From the NCBI GenBank assembly GCA_958009085.1, contig OY253669.1:310001-374000 (forward strand): 64,000 nt of DNA. Reading direction: 5' to 3'. Positions within the stretch are counted from its first letter, which is position 1. Every line of letters starts with the position of its first letter. This document shows, piece after piece, positions 1 through 13,200 of this stretch. The DNA comes from Protoeuglena noctilucae. Lineage: Eukaryota. The notes beneath the pieces are model-generated. The model was not told the DNA's origin. It did no database searches and saw only the letters and a list, made by a program, of their open reading frames with translations. The translations under genes and the position numbers were made by a program.

Positions 1-351
1 TGCAGCCAAGGGGCGTGGAGTGAGCGCGGTCGCAGTGCGCAGCGAAGGCGGCTCGCACTGCATGGCGCTGTGCGCGGCATTGGGCATCCGCCCGTGGCAT
101 TCAGGGGGTGCGGCCTTGCTTGTTGGTGCTTGTCGCTTGTCGGTGCCTGGGTTGTTGCCATTGCAGCGAGACCAGAGGCCCGCTCTGGTCAGGGCCAGGG
201 TGGCATGGAGCATTCCCACATATTCGAATTAAACAGGTCGATGTGCATTGTCTGGCAACAGAAGCGATGCCCCGGCAACAGCGTGGCTAGGTCAAAGCGT
301 ACCCTCGCACAGTTCTACGCAAGCGAGCGCTGGGTGGCAGGTCCGCAAACG

Positions 352-3300
352 TCACGCCGCAACGCTGCCCGCCCGGCGCTCGCCGTGGCGCGCGGCTGCC
401 CTGACCTCGACCCTGCCCCCCACGGCCCGGCTCAGCAGCCCGCGCCTCCCCGGCCTCACTCGTGCGGCCTCAAACGCCGTCTCTTGCATCCGGTCCCCCG
501 GCCGCTCCCCGTACAGCTCCAGCACCACCTCACTGTGCCGCCAGAGACTGGGATAGTCCGTGATCCCCGCTCTCGTCCACAGATTGGCGGCGAAAAGGAA
601 TTTGCGACGCTTGGCCATCACATCCATGCCAAACTCCTCGTAGACCTGGTCCCGCCCAGGGCCCCGGGGCACCTTGCGCGCCAGCTGCGCCGCCAAGAAG
701 TTGCGCTCCTCCTCCAGCTCCCTGCGAGTGTGACAGGCAGCAGGGCTGATGTCAGGTGCATGTTGTCTGATCAGCAAGGGCGGGGCAGGGCCAAGAAGGT
801 TGTCAACCCTGACACCGTTACAGCACGCAGCACTGGCAAGGAACCACAATATGGGTCGCAGACTCACTTGCGCGCCCGCAGGAGGTCCCTCTCGGCGGCC
901 TTGGCCTCCCTTGCCCCGGCACCGCCCTCAGCACCACCCCTGTCCAGCCGCCCCCGCATCCACTCGAGCCGGCGGTGCTCGCCCTCGAAGTAGAACGTCT
1001 CCTTGCCCCGGAAGGACAGCACGAAGCGGGACCGGTGGATCAGGGGCACCCCGAGCGCCTCCCACAGCCGCATGATGCGCGGCATGAGGCTGCGCTCGTG
1101 CGGGGCCGCCGCCCACGCGTCGTCCTCCCAGAGAGCCTCCGAGGCGCTGCCGTCGGCGTCCGCGGGGTCGTCGCCCCAGGGGTTGCCGCGCGGCACGGCG
1201 CCGATCTCCATGGGCGGCTGCGGGGGCAGGATGGTCGCGTGGTGGGGTCGCAGTTGGGTGAGGATGGCCCACGGTTGTCTTCTGCCGAAGACACACAAAC
1301 CTCAGTCAATAATGGCAATGGAACAAGTGTGTGGTGAAGAAGGCCTCAACACTTGCGCAGGCCCTGTCATGCGCGGTGCACAGCCATGCTGTCTGTCGTG
1401 CACACCGTACAACAGTGCATAGCAGGGAGGGAGCCCTTGCCTGCTGGGCCTTTGCCTTGGCTTCCTCCGCCTCCCGTGCCCGCGCCACGGCCTCAGACGC
1501 GGCCACGTTGGCGTGTGCCACCGCCGCTCGGGCCTCTGCCACCTGCGAAGACGGGTGAAGACACAGTGGGACGTGAGGGGCAAAAAAGGTCAGATTCAGT
1601 GACTGACCGGGCGAGGTGCCAGTCTGTCGAGGAAAGCAGAGGAGTGCTGCATCTGTAAGTGGCGTCGCTTGTGCCGCCCGCCTCAGCCAAACACTCGCCT
1701 GCTGCTGTGCTGCCTCCAGCTGCGTCCGTGCCTTGCGCAGCTGCCGCTGCAGAGACTTGTTCTCCGCGCGCTCCTCCTCCGCCTTCATCTCCATCTTCAA
1801 AACCTGCATGGGGCAGAGAGAGCACCGTCACACACCCGCGCGTCACATCAACGTTCGCCTCACTTTCCAGGGGCCCTGACAGTCACAGCAGGCATTAACG
1901 CTGTCGCTTCTCAGACGCTCTCCATCATTGACCCCAGAGGACTACCCGAGCAAGCCCCAGCTCGGGCCACGCTCACTACCGCCCCTCCACTCGCCTGTTG
2001 CAAAAGCATCCGTTTCTGACACGTGAGCCTGGCGATCTGTTCCCGGTAGCTCTCGATGCAGCCCTTGATGCTCTCGACGTCCCGCTCGATCGACGTCCTC
2101 AGATCGTGCTGCACCGTCGCCAGTTGCTGCGTGTACCAGTCCTGGGCATACGCCCACACCTGCTGCACTACCGCCTCCTGCTCCGCCAGCGTCAGCTCTG
2201 CGAGATTCAAGAGACGACAGACGATCATTTGTGTCATTGGCACCAACAAACATGAGGGTCGTTTGGATTAACACAAGGACAGCATGACCATTGGGAAGGC
2301 GGAATGAAGGCCATAGTGTCCACCCATCAGACAGGACCAGCGACGGCAGACCCAAGGAGGTCAGCACAGGTAACTCACCCGGGGCGCTGGTGGTCACGGG
2401 CATGTTCGCAGGGGCCGCCGGGGCAGCCGGGCGTGCGTCGGCCGCCTTCGTGGCCGGCAGGGGAGACCACGGGGAGAGCCCTGGCTTGTTTTCCAGAAAA
2501 CCTTGGGCCTTGGCCAGGGCCGACGGCGAGAAGGCGGTTGGGAGGCCATTCGGGGTGCTCTGGCTCAGCACGTCGAAGCGCCGGCTTGACCGCCGCATCC
2601 CCGGCACGTTTTGGATGGACCTCAGCACGTTTCCAGGACTGCCCTCGGCGGGACCGCGGCCAGGGGAGCGCAGCGGGGCGTCCGCGGCCACCCCACCGAG
2701 CCGCGACGTGGGGCGCGACGCCACGGGGCTGCCCAGCACCACGCTGGTCCCGACGTCGAAGGGCGGCCCTCGGGATGGGTCTGCTGGAACATGCAGCGGC
2801 GCGGGGCGGGGGGCGGGGCCGGGGCTCGCGCGATGGGGCGAGGGAGTGCGGCCATCTGGGACCATGTTCTCCTTGTCTGCGTCATATCATGGCAAACGGG
2901 GCCGTGTGTCAGTGAGGCGAAACAGCAGCCAGCAAGCAGGGCACCTAGCCCACGCCCCAGCCCTCGTCACCTTGGTCATCTGGGGTCAGATCAGCGCCCG
3001 AGGTGCGCATGTCCATCGACAGACTCCTCCGTGGGCCGCGGCCAGCGGGAGGCACAGCGCGACTGGGCATAGCGGCGCCGCCCGCGCCCCTCCCTGCTGC
3101 CGCTGCGACCTCGGAGCCAGTCCCAGGTCGTGCGGCGGTCGATGCCAGGTGCCCGCTGTTGCTTCCTGCGCCCTTCCGACCCGCGTTGCGCCTCTCCTGC
3201 CGCCCTGCCGCACCCGCGCCACCGTCCATCGCAGTCCCACCAGCCTCCGCCTCCCTGTCCGCGAGCTCACTGCCTGCGCAGGCCCGGTCCCGGTCAGACG

Positions 3301-6300
3301 CGCTCATGTCTCGGCCGTCCCGCACGCAACCCCTGACGGGCGCCTCTCTGGGCCCCTCGGCTCCCCGCTCAGACCGCGCATTGGGGTCGCCATGGCCCAC
3401 AGGCGCCTGGCCAGCAGGGCGCCCCCGCGGGCTGGCCCAGCTGCCTGTGTCAGCAGCAAAGGACACACGCGCCGTGCGCTGCGTGGCAACTCCATTCGTC
3501 GCACAGGGCGGCTCCCGCTTTTGCGCCCCCGCTGGCGCAAGGGCCGGCACGCCCACCACCTTGCCGGCCACGGGCGTGTTCGCGCATCGGAAGATCCCCA
3601 GCGCCCCCGCAGGCGCGGGCGGGGTCAGCGGGGACGCCCCCGCAGCTGTCCGCGCCGCGGCACGATCGGAGTCGAGGGGTGGGAACACGCTCGTGCCCAC
3701 CGCGGGCGACGGCGTGGGCGAGAGCATGGGTGCCGGAGTCTTTAGAGCCCGGGAAGGCTTGGGAAGAGGGGAGAAAATCCCAGCAATGTCCGGAGACGCA
3801 CCCACACCCGACTCCGCCACCTCGCTGCCCGGAGTCGCCTCGACCGCCCCACCCGCGCCGCCGGGCGTCATGCCCGCCACGCTCCCGACCGCTGCGGATG
3901 CGGCGGACGCGGCCCGGCGCAGGGCGGACTCCCCGTTGGTCCCTGTACTCGAGCCCTTGGATGCCGACCTTCCCGATCCCTGGCTATGCGCGCTTGGCCC
4001 TGGGTGCGACCCCGCGCTCCTGGCCTCATTTCCGCCCGGTCCCGCGCTCTGCCCGTCGCCCCGAGCGCCGCGCCCGAGCTCGTAGCTCCCAGCGGTGTCG
4101 ACAAGCTCGGCGTCCCCGAATGCCAGCGCCCGCGCCCCGCCCAGGCTGCCCTCTGCGCGGCTGCCGCTGGGCGGCGTGGGGTGGCCTCCGAGCGAGGGTC
4201 GCGGCAGGGACGCCGCAAGCACGGAGCTGGTGAGGGCGCTGGGGGCGGGGCTCGCGTGGATGGCCGGGGGAAGGGACAGGTTGGAGAGTTTGGCCGAGAG
4301 ACTCGCCAGGGCAGCCAACGCGCTGCGCTCCGCGGAGGCCTCCTCCTTCGCCCTGCAAGAGCGTCGCACGAGGGCGGCTGGGTTAGGTATCGCCCTGAGA
4401 GGGAGCCATTGCATGCCACGTCGCCCATCCGGGCCCAGCTGCGCCGACCAGCCGCGGCAGCCAGAGCCCCGACGCACAACAAACCCGTGCATGAGTATCA
4501 TTGCATCATCAATGTCCCCTCGCCTTGCCAGGACGTTGCGCATCGCCCGCATCGCCTCCTCCCCACCGCCGCCGCGACGGCTGGCCGCCCCTGCTGCCTC
4601 CGCCTCCATCCTCCGCAGCTCCTCCTCCAGCCTCTGCACCTTGAGATCCAACTCTTGACCCAGCCGGCCGCGGCCTCCTGACCCGGGGGCATCCCCGTTT
4701 GCGTCCTCGGGAGAGGCTGGGTCCTCCACCGTCACATGCACCTCTGCCCCCGGGGTGCCACCCGGCGTGCCGTGCATGGCGCTGTGGCGCAGACACCGCA
4801 CCTCCGCCTGCAGCGTCTCAAACGCCTCAGCCTCCTGGGCGTCGAGGGACAGCGAGGCTGGGAAGTGCGGGGCCGTGGGCGAGTGCGGGGCTGGGGTGGA
4901 CGACAGCGACGACGACGATGACTTAGCCTGCATAAGGGCAAGGAGGCCAGCGCAGTGGCGTATGACTGATCACCCAGGAGGGGTGAGAGCCACGAGATGC
5001 CGGGTGTGTGCGCAGGCTTGCATGCGCGGCGAGCGTGAGCGTGCCCTGCTCATGCTGTGCGCGACAGCGCACCTCGAGGGCCACGGAGATGTCTGCGCCC
5101 CGCCCCGCGACCCCGCTCGTCTCCGACGGCGCTCGCTCCGCAGCCCCGTGCAGGTGAGGCTCCCTGTCTGCTGCCAGGAGCGCCCTCTCTGGCGTCGCCC
5201 CCAATGCGCGCCTCTCGCCCCGGCCACGACGCAGTCGCGTGTAGTTGTTCACCTCGCTCTCATCGCTGGCCTGCAACCGCCGGATCTGCCGCCTGCGACG
5301 CGCGGGGGCCGAGGTGCGGTGGGCTGCTGCTCTGCCGTCGGAGCACCATTGATCATCACCCACCAGGGGGCAGGGCGCTGCCCGGCAGAGTGGATTCACC
5401 ACACTGCTCACCTGACGCGAGGAGTCAGGAAGAGGTCCAGGAACCACGGCTCGTTGTGGAAGAGCCGCCGCCGGGTCTTGCGACCTGACCCGCCCCCTGG
5501 CGCAGGGCGGGCCCGTACGCCTCCCTCGCCCGCCTCCGCGCTCCCGTCCTCGCCCGGCCCGGTCAGTCCCAGCGCCCCGCCCCCCCAGGACGCCCCCAGG
5601 TCGCGGGGCGTGCGGCGGGCGCGTGTAGCCGACCCCCTTCGCCTACCCGAGGCCAGCTCCAGGGGGTGGCCGTGGCCGCCCCCGGACAGGGTCGAGTGCG
5701 CGCAGGCGTCGCGGAGGTCCCCGGCGGCCCCGGACGCGCCGCTGCGCACGGGGCTGGCCGGGGCGCTGCCGAGTGCCAGTGGCGACAGGCGGGCGTCCCT
5801 CGGGCGCCTCCTTGCGGACCCCGGCGCGCCCCGCAGGATCAGACGCTCCAAATTCCGCAGCCGGCGAAGGACCTGGTCGCGCTCCGCGAGCACCCCTGCG
5901 AACTGCGCCTCCTTCTTCCTCAGGGTCTCCTGCAGGAGCTCGTGCGCGGCATCGACCGCGGCCGTATCTAGCTTGGCGCGGAGATGGGCGATCTCGACGT
6001 GAAGTCCTCTGATCAAAGCCTTGGAGTCCATGACGCGGTTGACGCGGGGGGTGTTGGTGACGCGCTTGGCGGCGGCCGCGAAGTGGAGGGTGGACCGCGT
6101 GTTGTCGATGTGGGAGGCCGTGGGCGCCACGGTGCACACCACCGCGGTGCGGGCGTTGCCGCCCAGCGCGGGCTGCAGGATACGCGTCAGCTTGCTGTTG
6201 CGGTAGGGCACGTGGCCCCCACGCTTGCCGGAGGACAGCTCGCGCATCACGGTCCCTAACGTCAGCAGCGACCGGTTGATGTGGATGCCCTCCTTGAGCC

Positions 6301-8025
6301 TGGAGGGCAGGAATAGACCAGATAAAGTTGGCAATCATTGCTGCGAAATCATCGTCAGAGATATACCGAAGGCAAGTCAGTAATGCGTGCGCGTGCGTGT
6401 GTCGCTCGGGAAGACGATGATCAACATAGTGTGTGCCGTTGCCCTGCACTCGTCATGCCCCTCACCGCAGATTGTCGTGCTTGTCCCCGACCAGGGAGCG
6501 GTCTGCCCGCTCGCTCCCCGCGAGGTCGACGAACGTCAGAGTCGCCACCGTCACGGCGCCCTCGGCTGGAGGGGAGCCCTCGTCGCCGCCGTCGCCCAGC
6601 GTCACGGACGAAGTCGTGAGCTCCGTCCCGGGAGCCGCGGATGCCAGCTCGGGGTCATGAGCCTCTGCGGGTGCCACGGGTTACGGCCCTCGCTCACCAG
6701 TCGGCTCTCACATGGGGTGTTATGGCAGGCACCTGCCACCAGGCACGCGCAACGGCATGCCGAGAGCTCGCCCGCCGCGTCCATTGCGAACAGCAATCAC
6801 TGCTGGTTGGCACAACCGGCAGATGCCCCTCCCCAATGCGTGCCACACAGGCCTCGCCTTCCGCCGCTGTAGCCGCCCCGCCCGTGGGGCGCGACTCAAT
6901 CCTCAGCTGCACGATCTGGTGCGACCGGCTCGAGTTAGCGTTGACCCGGGTGTCCCGCACGTGTCGCCGGCGCTCGACGGTCATGAGGACCGCTGTCAGG
7001 TGCCCAAGGGATGACACACCTTCCTCCGTCAGGCTCTCCACCACCGTGCCGCGGTCCGGATCGTCCAGGAGCCGCAGAGGCTCGGGGCGGTCCGACAGCA
7101 AGTCCCAAACGACCTGCAAGGGGCGGGCAGGACTGCCGGTGCGACTGCGACGCTCAAGTGCCGTGCGTTGCGCAGGAGAGGGGGCAGCGACACGGCCAGC
7201 AAACGGGCGTGGATCAGGCGATGGATCAGCGAGTGCTATGGCCAAGGCACCCGGTTTCACCTCGTTGTATATCTCCATGGCGCTGACGTGAAGGAGGAAC
7301 TCTCGCTCCGGGTTGGCGGCGATGAAAGCGAAGATGTCTTTGGCTGCCATGGCCATGATGGAACGCATCGTGTACGTCTTCCCCGAGCCCGTCTGGCCGT
7401 AGGCGAAGACGGTGCCATTGAGCCCATCCATCGACGAAGCGACAATGCCCGACGCCGTGGCGCTGTACACCTCCGCCGCGCCAGCTTCGGGGCCCAGGAC
7501 GCGGTCGAGCACCTGCAGCGACCGCGATTTGCTACTGGCATTAGATTATCTCCGCGCTGAGGGCGGCAGCATGCCACCACGCAGCGGCCATGCACCCACC
7601 CATGTCGTCTGTTGCTTGCGGGACTTTCCCCCCGGCGTCCCACCCCTGTGCGGCGTCTGCAGTCCATCCTGTCGCGGCTCGCACTCTGCGGCGGCGGAGA
7701 GACGCAGCGCGGCGTGATAAACACATGAATCCATTCGCAGACCGTTCGCGTTGCGGGGGAGGCGCCCCGCAAAGCGCGATGGGCCGCGAAGCGTTAACTA
7801 AAGAATAAAGTTCATGTAAGGAGCCGGAGACGCATAATGCATCGCTGCCAGTGCTGCGGCGGGCCAGCCCTAGCGGCAGGACGCACCGTGGTACCGGAGC
7901 ACCGTGCCGCTCTGCGCCGTCCAGGCGACCGGTTCCCCCGACTTAATTTCCGCATGCGATGGCGGCCGTATCCTCACGCCGACCCAGATGCTCTCCCCCG
8001 CGGGCCCCGGCGCCTTTCCCTCCAT
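352..8025 (-). CDS. Kinesin-7, NACK1/HINKEL-type (N-terminal motor, long low-complexity stalk, DUF3490-like tail); multi-exon
   Basis: Start MEGKAPGPAGESIWVGVRIRP (ATG 8025). Motor motifs NGTVFAYGQTGSGKTYTM, NANSSRSHQIVQL, LTFVDLAGSER, HINRSLLTLG, HVPYRNSKLTRILQPALGGNART. Tail motifs SIKGCIESYREQIARLTCQKRMLLQQ|VLKME, IMRLWEALGVPLIHRSRFVLSFRG..EHRRLEW and RELEEERNFLA..NLWT resemble the NACK C-terminus. Joining motor and tail into one gene is an inference. Confidence 0.85.
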
Positions 8026-8707
8026 TGTTACCCCTTGCGCGCCGCAGTGGCGGAGCCCGGCGCGACGGACTCAGGCGTGGGCAAGGTTGGTTTGCCCCCA
8101 ATGCCGAGATGTTAAGGGCACGGAGTACGAGTCCCTTCTCGCCCAGACGCGGCCCAGGGGTCGCCCTTCCTGGAACGCAGGTGGGGCCTCCTGCGCGACG
8201 AACAGCGCAAGCTAACAAGGCGCTGGTCAGCAGTGCATGTAAGAAATAAGTGCCCTGAGAGTTCTACTCTCATGGGGTTCCGCCGTGACCTGTCCCGGGG
8301 AGGCCCTTTCGCCAGAGTGCAAACGGTGGCGTGCCTGCGCCCCTCTTAGGCGGCCGAGCTGAGGTGATTCGATCCTTCCTTTCCCTTCCACCATTTAAAC
8401 GAGAAGAGGGGAATACCTGCACGGACCCCAGCTGAACCCGTGCTAAAGGTGTCGGGCGGACAGGTGTCAGCACGGTCCTTTGCGCAGGCACGTCGTCGCC
8501 GAGTGTCGAGGGTCGCGTGCGATATATGTGTTCGAGAGTTTCTCTTGAGGTGGTCCCGAAACGGTCGACGTGCCGAGATAACGGCAAGCGAGACGGGTGT
8601 GCTGTGAACCGTTTCTGCAGGCGCTTGTGCGCTCGGCTGCCGCCCGGCGCGGAAGAAGCTGCAAGTCGGTCTACAATCACCTGATCTGAGACGCATGGAT
8701 GTGAAGG

Positions 8708-9952
8708 ATGGGGGCGTCTCCCAAGAGCGCGCCGGGCGGGAAGGGATCACCACTGGGCACTGAGGTGGCGAGCTGTGCAAGGGTGATTGGATGTCCCCTA
8801 TGCTGCTTCATGACAACGACTGAGCGCTGTGCTGCTGCTTGTCGACGCAGGTGCAGCGGGTCTCGGAGCTGCAAGCTGTACCTACGGCGGCAGCTAGGGG
8901 GTCGTCCTCAGACGTGCCATCAGCCGCAGCCGCACCCGACAACCTGACGACCGGCACCCGCACCTCCCGCACGAGCGGTGTGGTCACCGCGCCCTCCCTG
9001 CGGGATCTAAGCGGCGCCCTGTCCCTCCTGCCTCCCGTCTCCGCACTGCCCCTGCCGCCCCTGCCGCCCCTCCTGCCACAACACGTGGAGATCCCCGCCT
9101 CCGTGGCCCGGGACGGCCGGGCGTTCGTCTGGCACCCGCAGCCCACAGGCGTGGGCCTGCCTTCTGGCTCCCCAGTCTTCCCGGCGTCGCCAGAGTTGGT
9201 GCCCCGGGACCGGGCAGCTCGCGCAGCGGCGCGTGGGGAGAGGGCCGCCAATCGGACGGGCGCCGCGTCGTGTCCGCGGCCGTGGGATCTCCTCCTGCGC
9301 GCCCACATCGACCGCAAGAGCAGCTCTATGGCCAGTGCCGAGGTGGCGGTGGCCGAGAGCGATAACAAGGGGGGCGGCAGGGGTGGGGCCGGGCATGGGC
9401 GCGGGCGGCACAGCGGCGTGGAGACGGCTCCGGCACGCACGTCGCCCAGGCGTCGGGCTGGCAGCCTGAGCCCCGAGGGGAGAGCGGGGCATGAGGGCGC
9501 CAGCGCAGGGCACGCGAGGGTCATGGGGATGGAGGTGCCGGACGTCGAGGTGACACCCCTCAATGCTGGCACATTGGCGACTGTTTGTGATGCACGGTTC
9601 TCCGGAGCACAGCGCACCTCAGTGGCCACGCGCCGCAGCGGCAGTGTCGCTGACGAGCACCCACCGACCGCAGCCACAGAGTCCCCAAAGCTCGCCTTAC
9701 CTCCCGCAGGAACTGACGGACATTGAGGAGCAACGCCGCATTCGCCGACTGATCAAGAACCGCGCTACTGCCCAGGCGTCTCGCGAGCGCAAGCGGCAGC
9801 AGCTGGAGGACCTCCAAGCACAGAAGGAGGAGCTTCTGAGGGAGAACGAGGCCCTCGCGCGGCTGCTGAGCCAGAGGGAGCGCGAGTGCCAAGTGGAGCG
9901 AGAGCGGCTGCGTCTGGCTCTTGCCAAGGCGATGCGCGGGGCAATCCCGTAA
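8708..9952 (+). CDS. bZIP transcription factor with C-terminal bZIP (HY5/HAC1-like basic region)
   Basis: EEQRRIRRLIKNRATAQASRERKRQQLEDLQAQKEELLRENEALARLL has the N-x7-R motif plus a Leu heptad. Two phase-0 introns join MGASPK.., VQRVSEL..VPDVE and ELTDIEEQ. The start is tentative. Confidence 0.8.
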
Positions 9953-10091
9953 GGGCGACAGTTTCAGTGCCACTGCCACCCTGCCCACCCTCGCTGCGAG
10001 ATTGGTACTCCCTGGGTTCCTCTTCCTCGTTTGGCTCGCCAATGACATATTTCCGAACTGCACAGTTTCCGTTTCTGTTCCCTTGGGCACA

Positions 10092-10260
10092 CTAATATCC
10101 GGCCTTGTTCCCACCCCGAGCACTCGGCCTCGCTAATATCTGGCCCTGGCCCCGCCGCACTACCCCCGCGCACTGCGCCTTTGCCAATATCCGGCCCTGG
10201 TCCCACCCCCAAGCACTCGGCTTCGCTAATATCCGGCCGCTTTTCCCCAATATCCGGCCG
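10092..10260. repeat. Degenerate tandem array with five AATATC(C/T)GGCC cores
   Basis: Cores start at 10094, 10135, 10186, 10228 and 10249 (spacings 41, 51, 42, 21). Units 1 and 3 are near-identical. Confidence 0.85.
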
Positions 10261-10282
10261 TCCCTTCCTACCGTCGAGAGAT

Positions 10283-13200
10283 TCACGCACAGACAGAGCT
10301 ACTCAGCGTTTCAAAGGAACAGAGAACTGCGGCTAGCTTAGGAGACATCGGCTCTGCGTATGGTTCAAAAATCTCAGGGCCCGCCGTCAGCCCCACTGAA
10401 ACGCGCCCTTCGCTTGCTTGCTGCCCTGAGACTGGGTCCCTGCGGCCATGATCCATGCGAATGAGATGAGCTGATGCCCCGTACCATCTGTCTCCCAGCC
10501 CTGCTCGGGTGGTGGCCAACTGCAGCCCCTCACCTGCTGCCCCCGGACCAGACACATTGAGCCCCGAGTAGAGAGCCTCCAGGTCCGACGAACTCGAGGG
10601 CTTGGCGGGTGATGGGCCGCTCCCCGTGCCCCCGATGCGCGCAAGCACTCCCTGCAAGGCCGCGCGTGCACCCCCCGGACGGTCCGATGCCGCTGCGAAC
10701 GCCGCCGCAGCCCCCGAGTAATGCGAGCCCCCCGCACCCTGCCCGCCCGCGCGCCCGGACCCTCCCCCAGGCGCGCCCGTGTACGTCGACGACGTCGGGG
10801 CGTCGTTGGCGATCTGCAGGCGCAAAGGCAAGGGCGCAAGGTGAGGGCTCCCGACCACGGCACCGCCCTCGTGCTCTGACATCCAATATGAGACACAGCC
10901 AAGGCAGTGGTATGTTGGAAACATGTGCTCACCAGGTACGCCTTGTCCCCGTCGTCCCCGCCCTTCTTGTCCCCCCACATGCGCCCCCACAGCGACTTGG
11001 CACCGCCCTCGTTGGCCTGCCTCCGGCCGCCCGAACTGAGCTCTCCCCTGCGTGACAGTCGCACAACGATCGCCGTCAGTGCCGACTCGCCTCGCCTCTC
11101 CACCCCACCTGCCATGCCCCTCGCACGCTCCCTGCAACTTGCAGTGCCGCGCAAGTCGCCCCTCACCGGTGCGCCAAGAAGGCCGCCGCGGCGCCTCCCG
11201 CCCGCGGCACGGTCGACATGGGCTCCCCGGACTCGAGCCACGACCCAAGGGGGTTGCCCTGGGCGATGGCGGCGCGCTCCTGGGCGAGGATGAGCCGACC
11301 CCGGTCGCCATGCTCGTCCGCCAGGTCCTCCTGGTCGAAGCGCAGGACTGCAGGAAGCGGGCGGAACAACGACTGTGAGAATGCCGAAAGCGCCTGTGCT
11401 CGTCGGGTGACTCGACGGCGCACGTCGGCGCCACGTCTGCATCCGCCAGGAGCGAGAACTGCAAGCTAGGCTGCACATGGCCGCTCACATCCGCACTTGT
11501 CGCCGAGGATGCGTCCCCAGGCGTTGAAAGCGATGAGGATGAAGAAGACCACGCCCAGCAGCGGGTAGAAGGTGTTGAAGGCGCCACCGAAGAACGGGAT
11601 GTTGTCCATTCGCATCATCAGACGCGAGAAGTACATGGGCTCCTTGAAACGATCGTCGGCGTGCACGATCTTGGTGTAGTTGAAGCAGATGGGGTAGGCG
11701 AAGCGGCAGAGGAGGGAGGCGTTCATCAGCATCGAGTTGGGGCTCGAGGCCTGGGGAGCCAGGAAGTACCACTGCGGGTGCAGAGAGGTGGGAGGTGAGA
11801 GGCGGCGGTTAAGGCACAACAGGTGCGGCCGGGCCAAGGTCAGAACGCGGGGAGGGGAGGGTCGGTGCCTGCGTCTGTTGTCGGGGCCATAGCACGCCTG
11901 TGTGGTTGTGCGATGCGATGCGGCGCACTGGGGGCGTCAGATGCGTGGAAGTGCTAGGGACGTTCGTCACCTTGCGCAGGATGGCGAGGCGGAAGAGGGA
12001 GAAGTACGTGCAGAGGACCATGTAGAGCAGCGGGAGGAAGACGGTGATGCTGACCAGAAGCGCGCTGCCCCGGGCGTTGTGGATCATCCAGGAGGGCACC
12101 GACAGGTCGGGGTGGCCGCCCGTCGCGATCGTGGCCTCGGCGAGGACGATGCACACCGACATACCCGCCAGGGTCTGCGGGGGCGAGGCAGGCGTGGGGG
12201 TGGCTGTGTCGAAGCAACACGTAAGAACCAACACCAAGAGACCCTCAGGCAGAGGTCCCAGAAAGGTACCGAGCGCGTCGAAGACGCGTAACGATCCGCC
12301 ACCCGACCCCAGCACCCTCGTGGCCCCGTCCGGTGGTCTCACGCCGGTCGATTAGCGTGACTCTCACCAGGGCCGCCAGCCGCCGGACCCACGGCTCGGC
12401 GTAGCATTGGAAGATCCACAGCGCGCCGCGTTGGCGCGACGTGGGCGCGGCCGCACCCCCCCGGTCCCCTTGCACGTAGTGAAGGATGTCCTCCGTATCG
12501 AGCGCCTCTCTCACGGCCACGACGTACTCGGACTTGATGCCCTCGTACTGCAACACGGCCTTCTTGACGCGACGGTTCAAAAGCGCCAGACCCTGGGGAC
12601 CACAGACGAGAGGGTGGCTTGGATGACGACCAGAGGCCAAAGGCCGAGGGAGCGAGCGAGGACGGTACCCGCCCCTTGTGCCGCTCGGGGCTCAGCGGGG
12701 GTGGTTGGTATCCACGCACGCCGCAGTGCGCCGCGACGACGCGTCTCACCTGCATGTCGTTGCCGTAGTCGAGCTCGTCATCTGTCAGGGTCACGTCGTC
12801 GGCCGCGCCCCCTGCGCCCCGTCCCCCGCCGGGCTGCCTGTGGAGAGCGCGGCCACCCCGCTGTTCGCAGTAGTCGACAACCCGCTGCATGAGCGGCAGT
12901 AGCGGGTCGCGGCGGCTCATGTTGGTCGCCGTCGCGTTGACGACCGCCGACACCCGCATGAGCTCCGCCCGCGCTGTCTCGAGCCTCTCGGCCTTCTTGC
13001 CCACTTTCACCGTGCACCACACGAAGTGCGACTTGTGGTTCGCCTTCTTCCAGATGAGCCGAGGGAGCTCGGCCAGGCCGAAGGCCATCAGGAAAATCCC
13101 GGCCCCGAGACCAAAGGAGTTGTTGGCAGCGATGAGGAAGCCGAAGATGGCCATGGGCTGCATCCGACCCGACGCTGCGGAGGCGAGCAAGAACGCGAGG

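Noticed and set aside
1..232. Possible last exon of an upstream plus-strand gene
   Set aside because: A GTGAG..CAG pair exists, but the frame and product cannot be determined.
9850..10030. IRE1-type unconventional intron after the bZIP domain
   Set aside because: I found no pair of stem-loops with CNGCNG loops and no downstream TM frame.
10092..10260. Repeat-spacer array read as CRISPR
   Set aside because: The core is only 11 nt, spacers are irregular and related to each other, there are no cas genes, and the context is eukaryotic.
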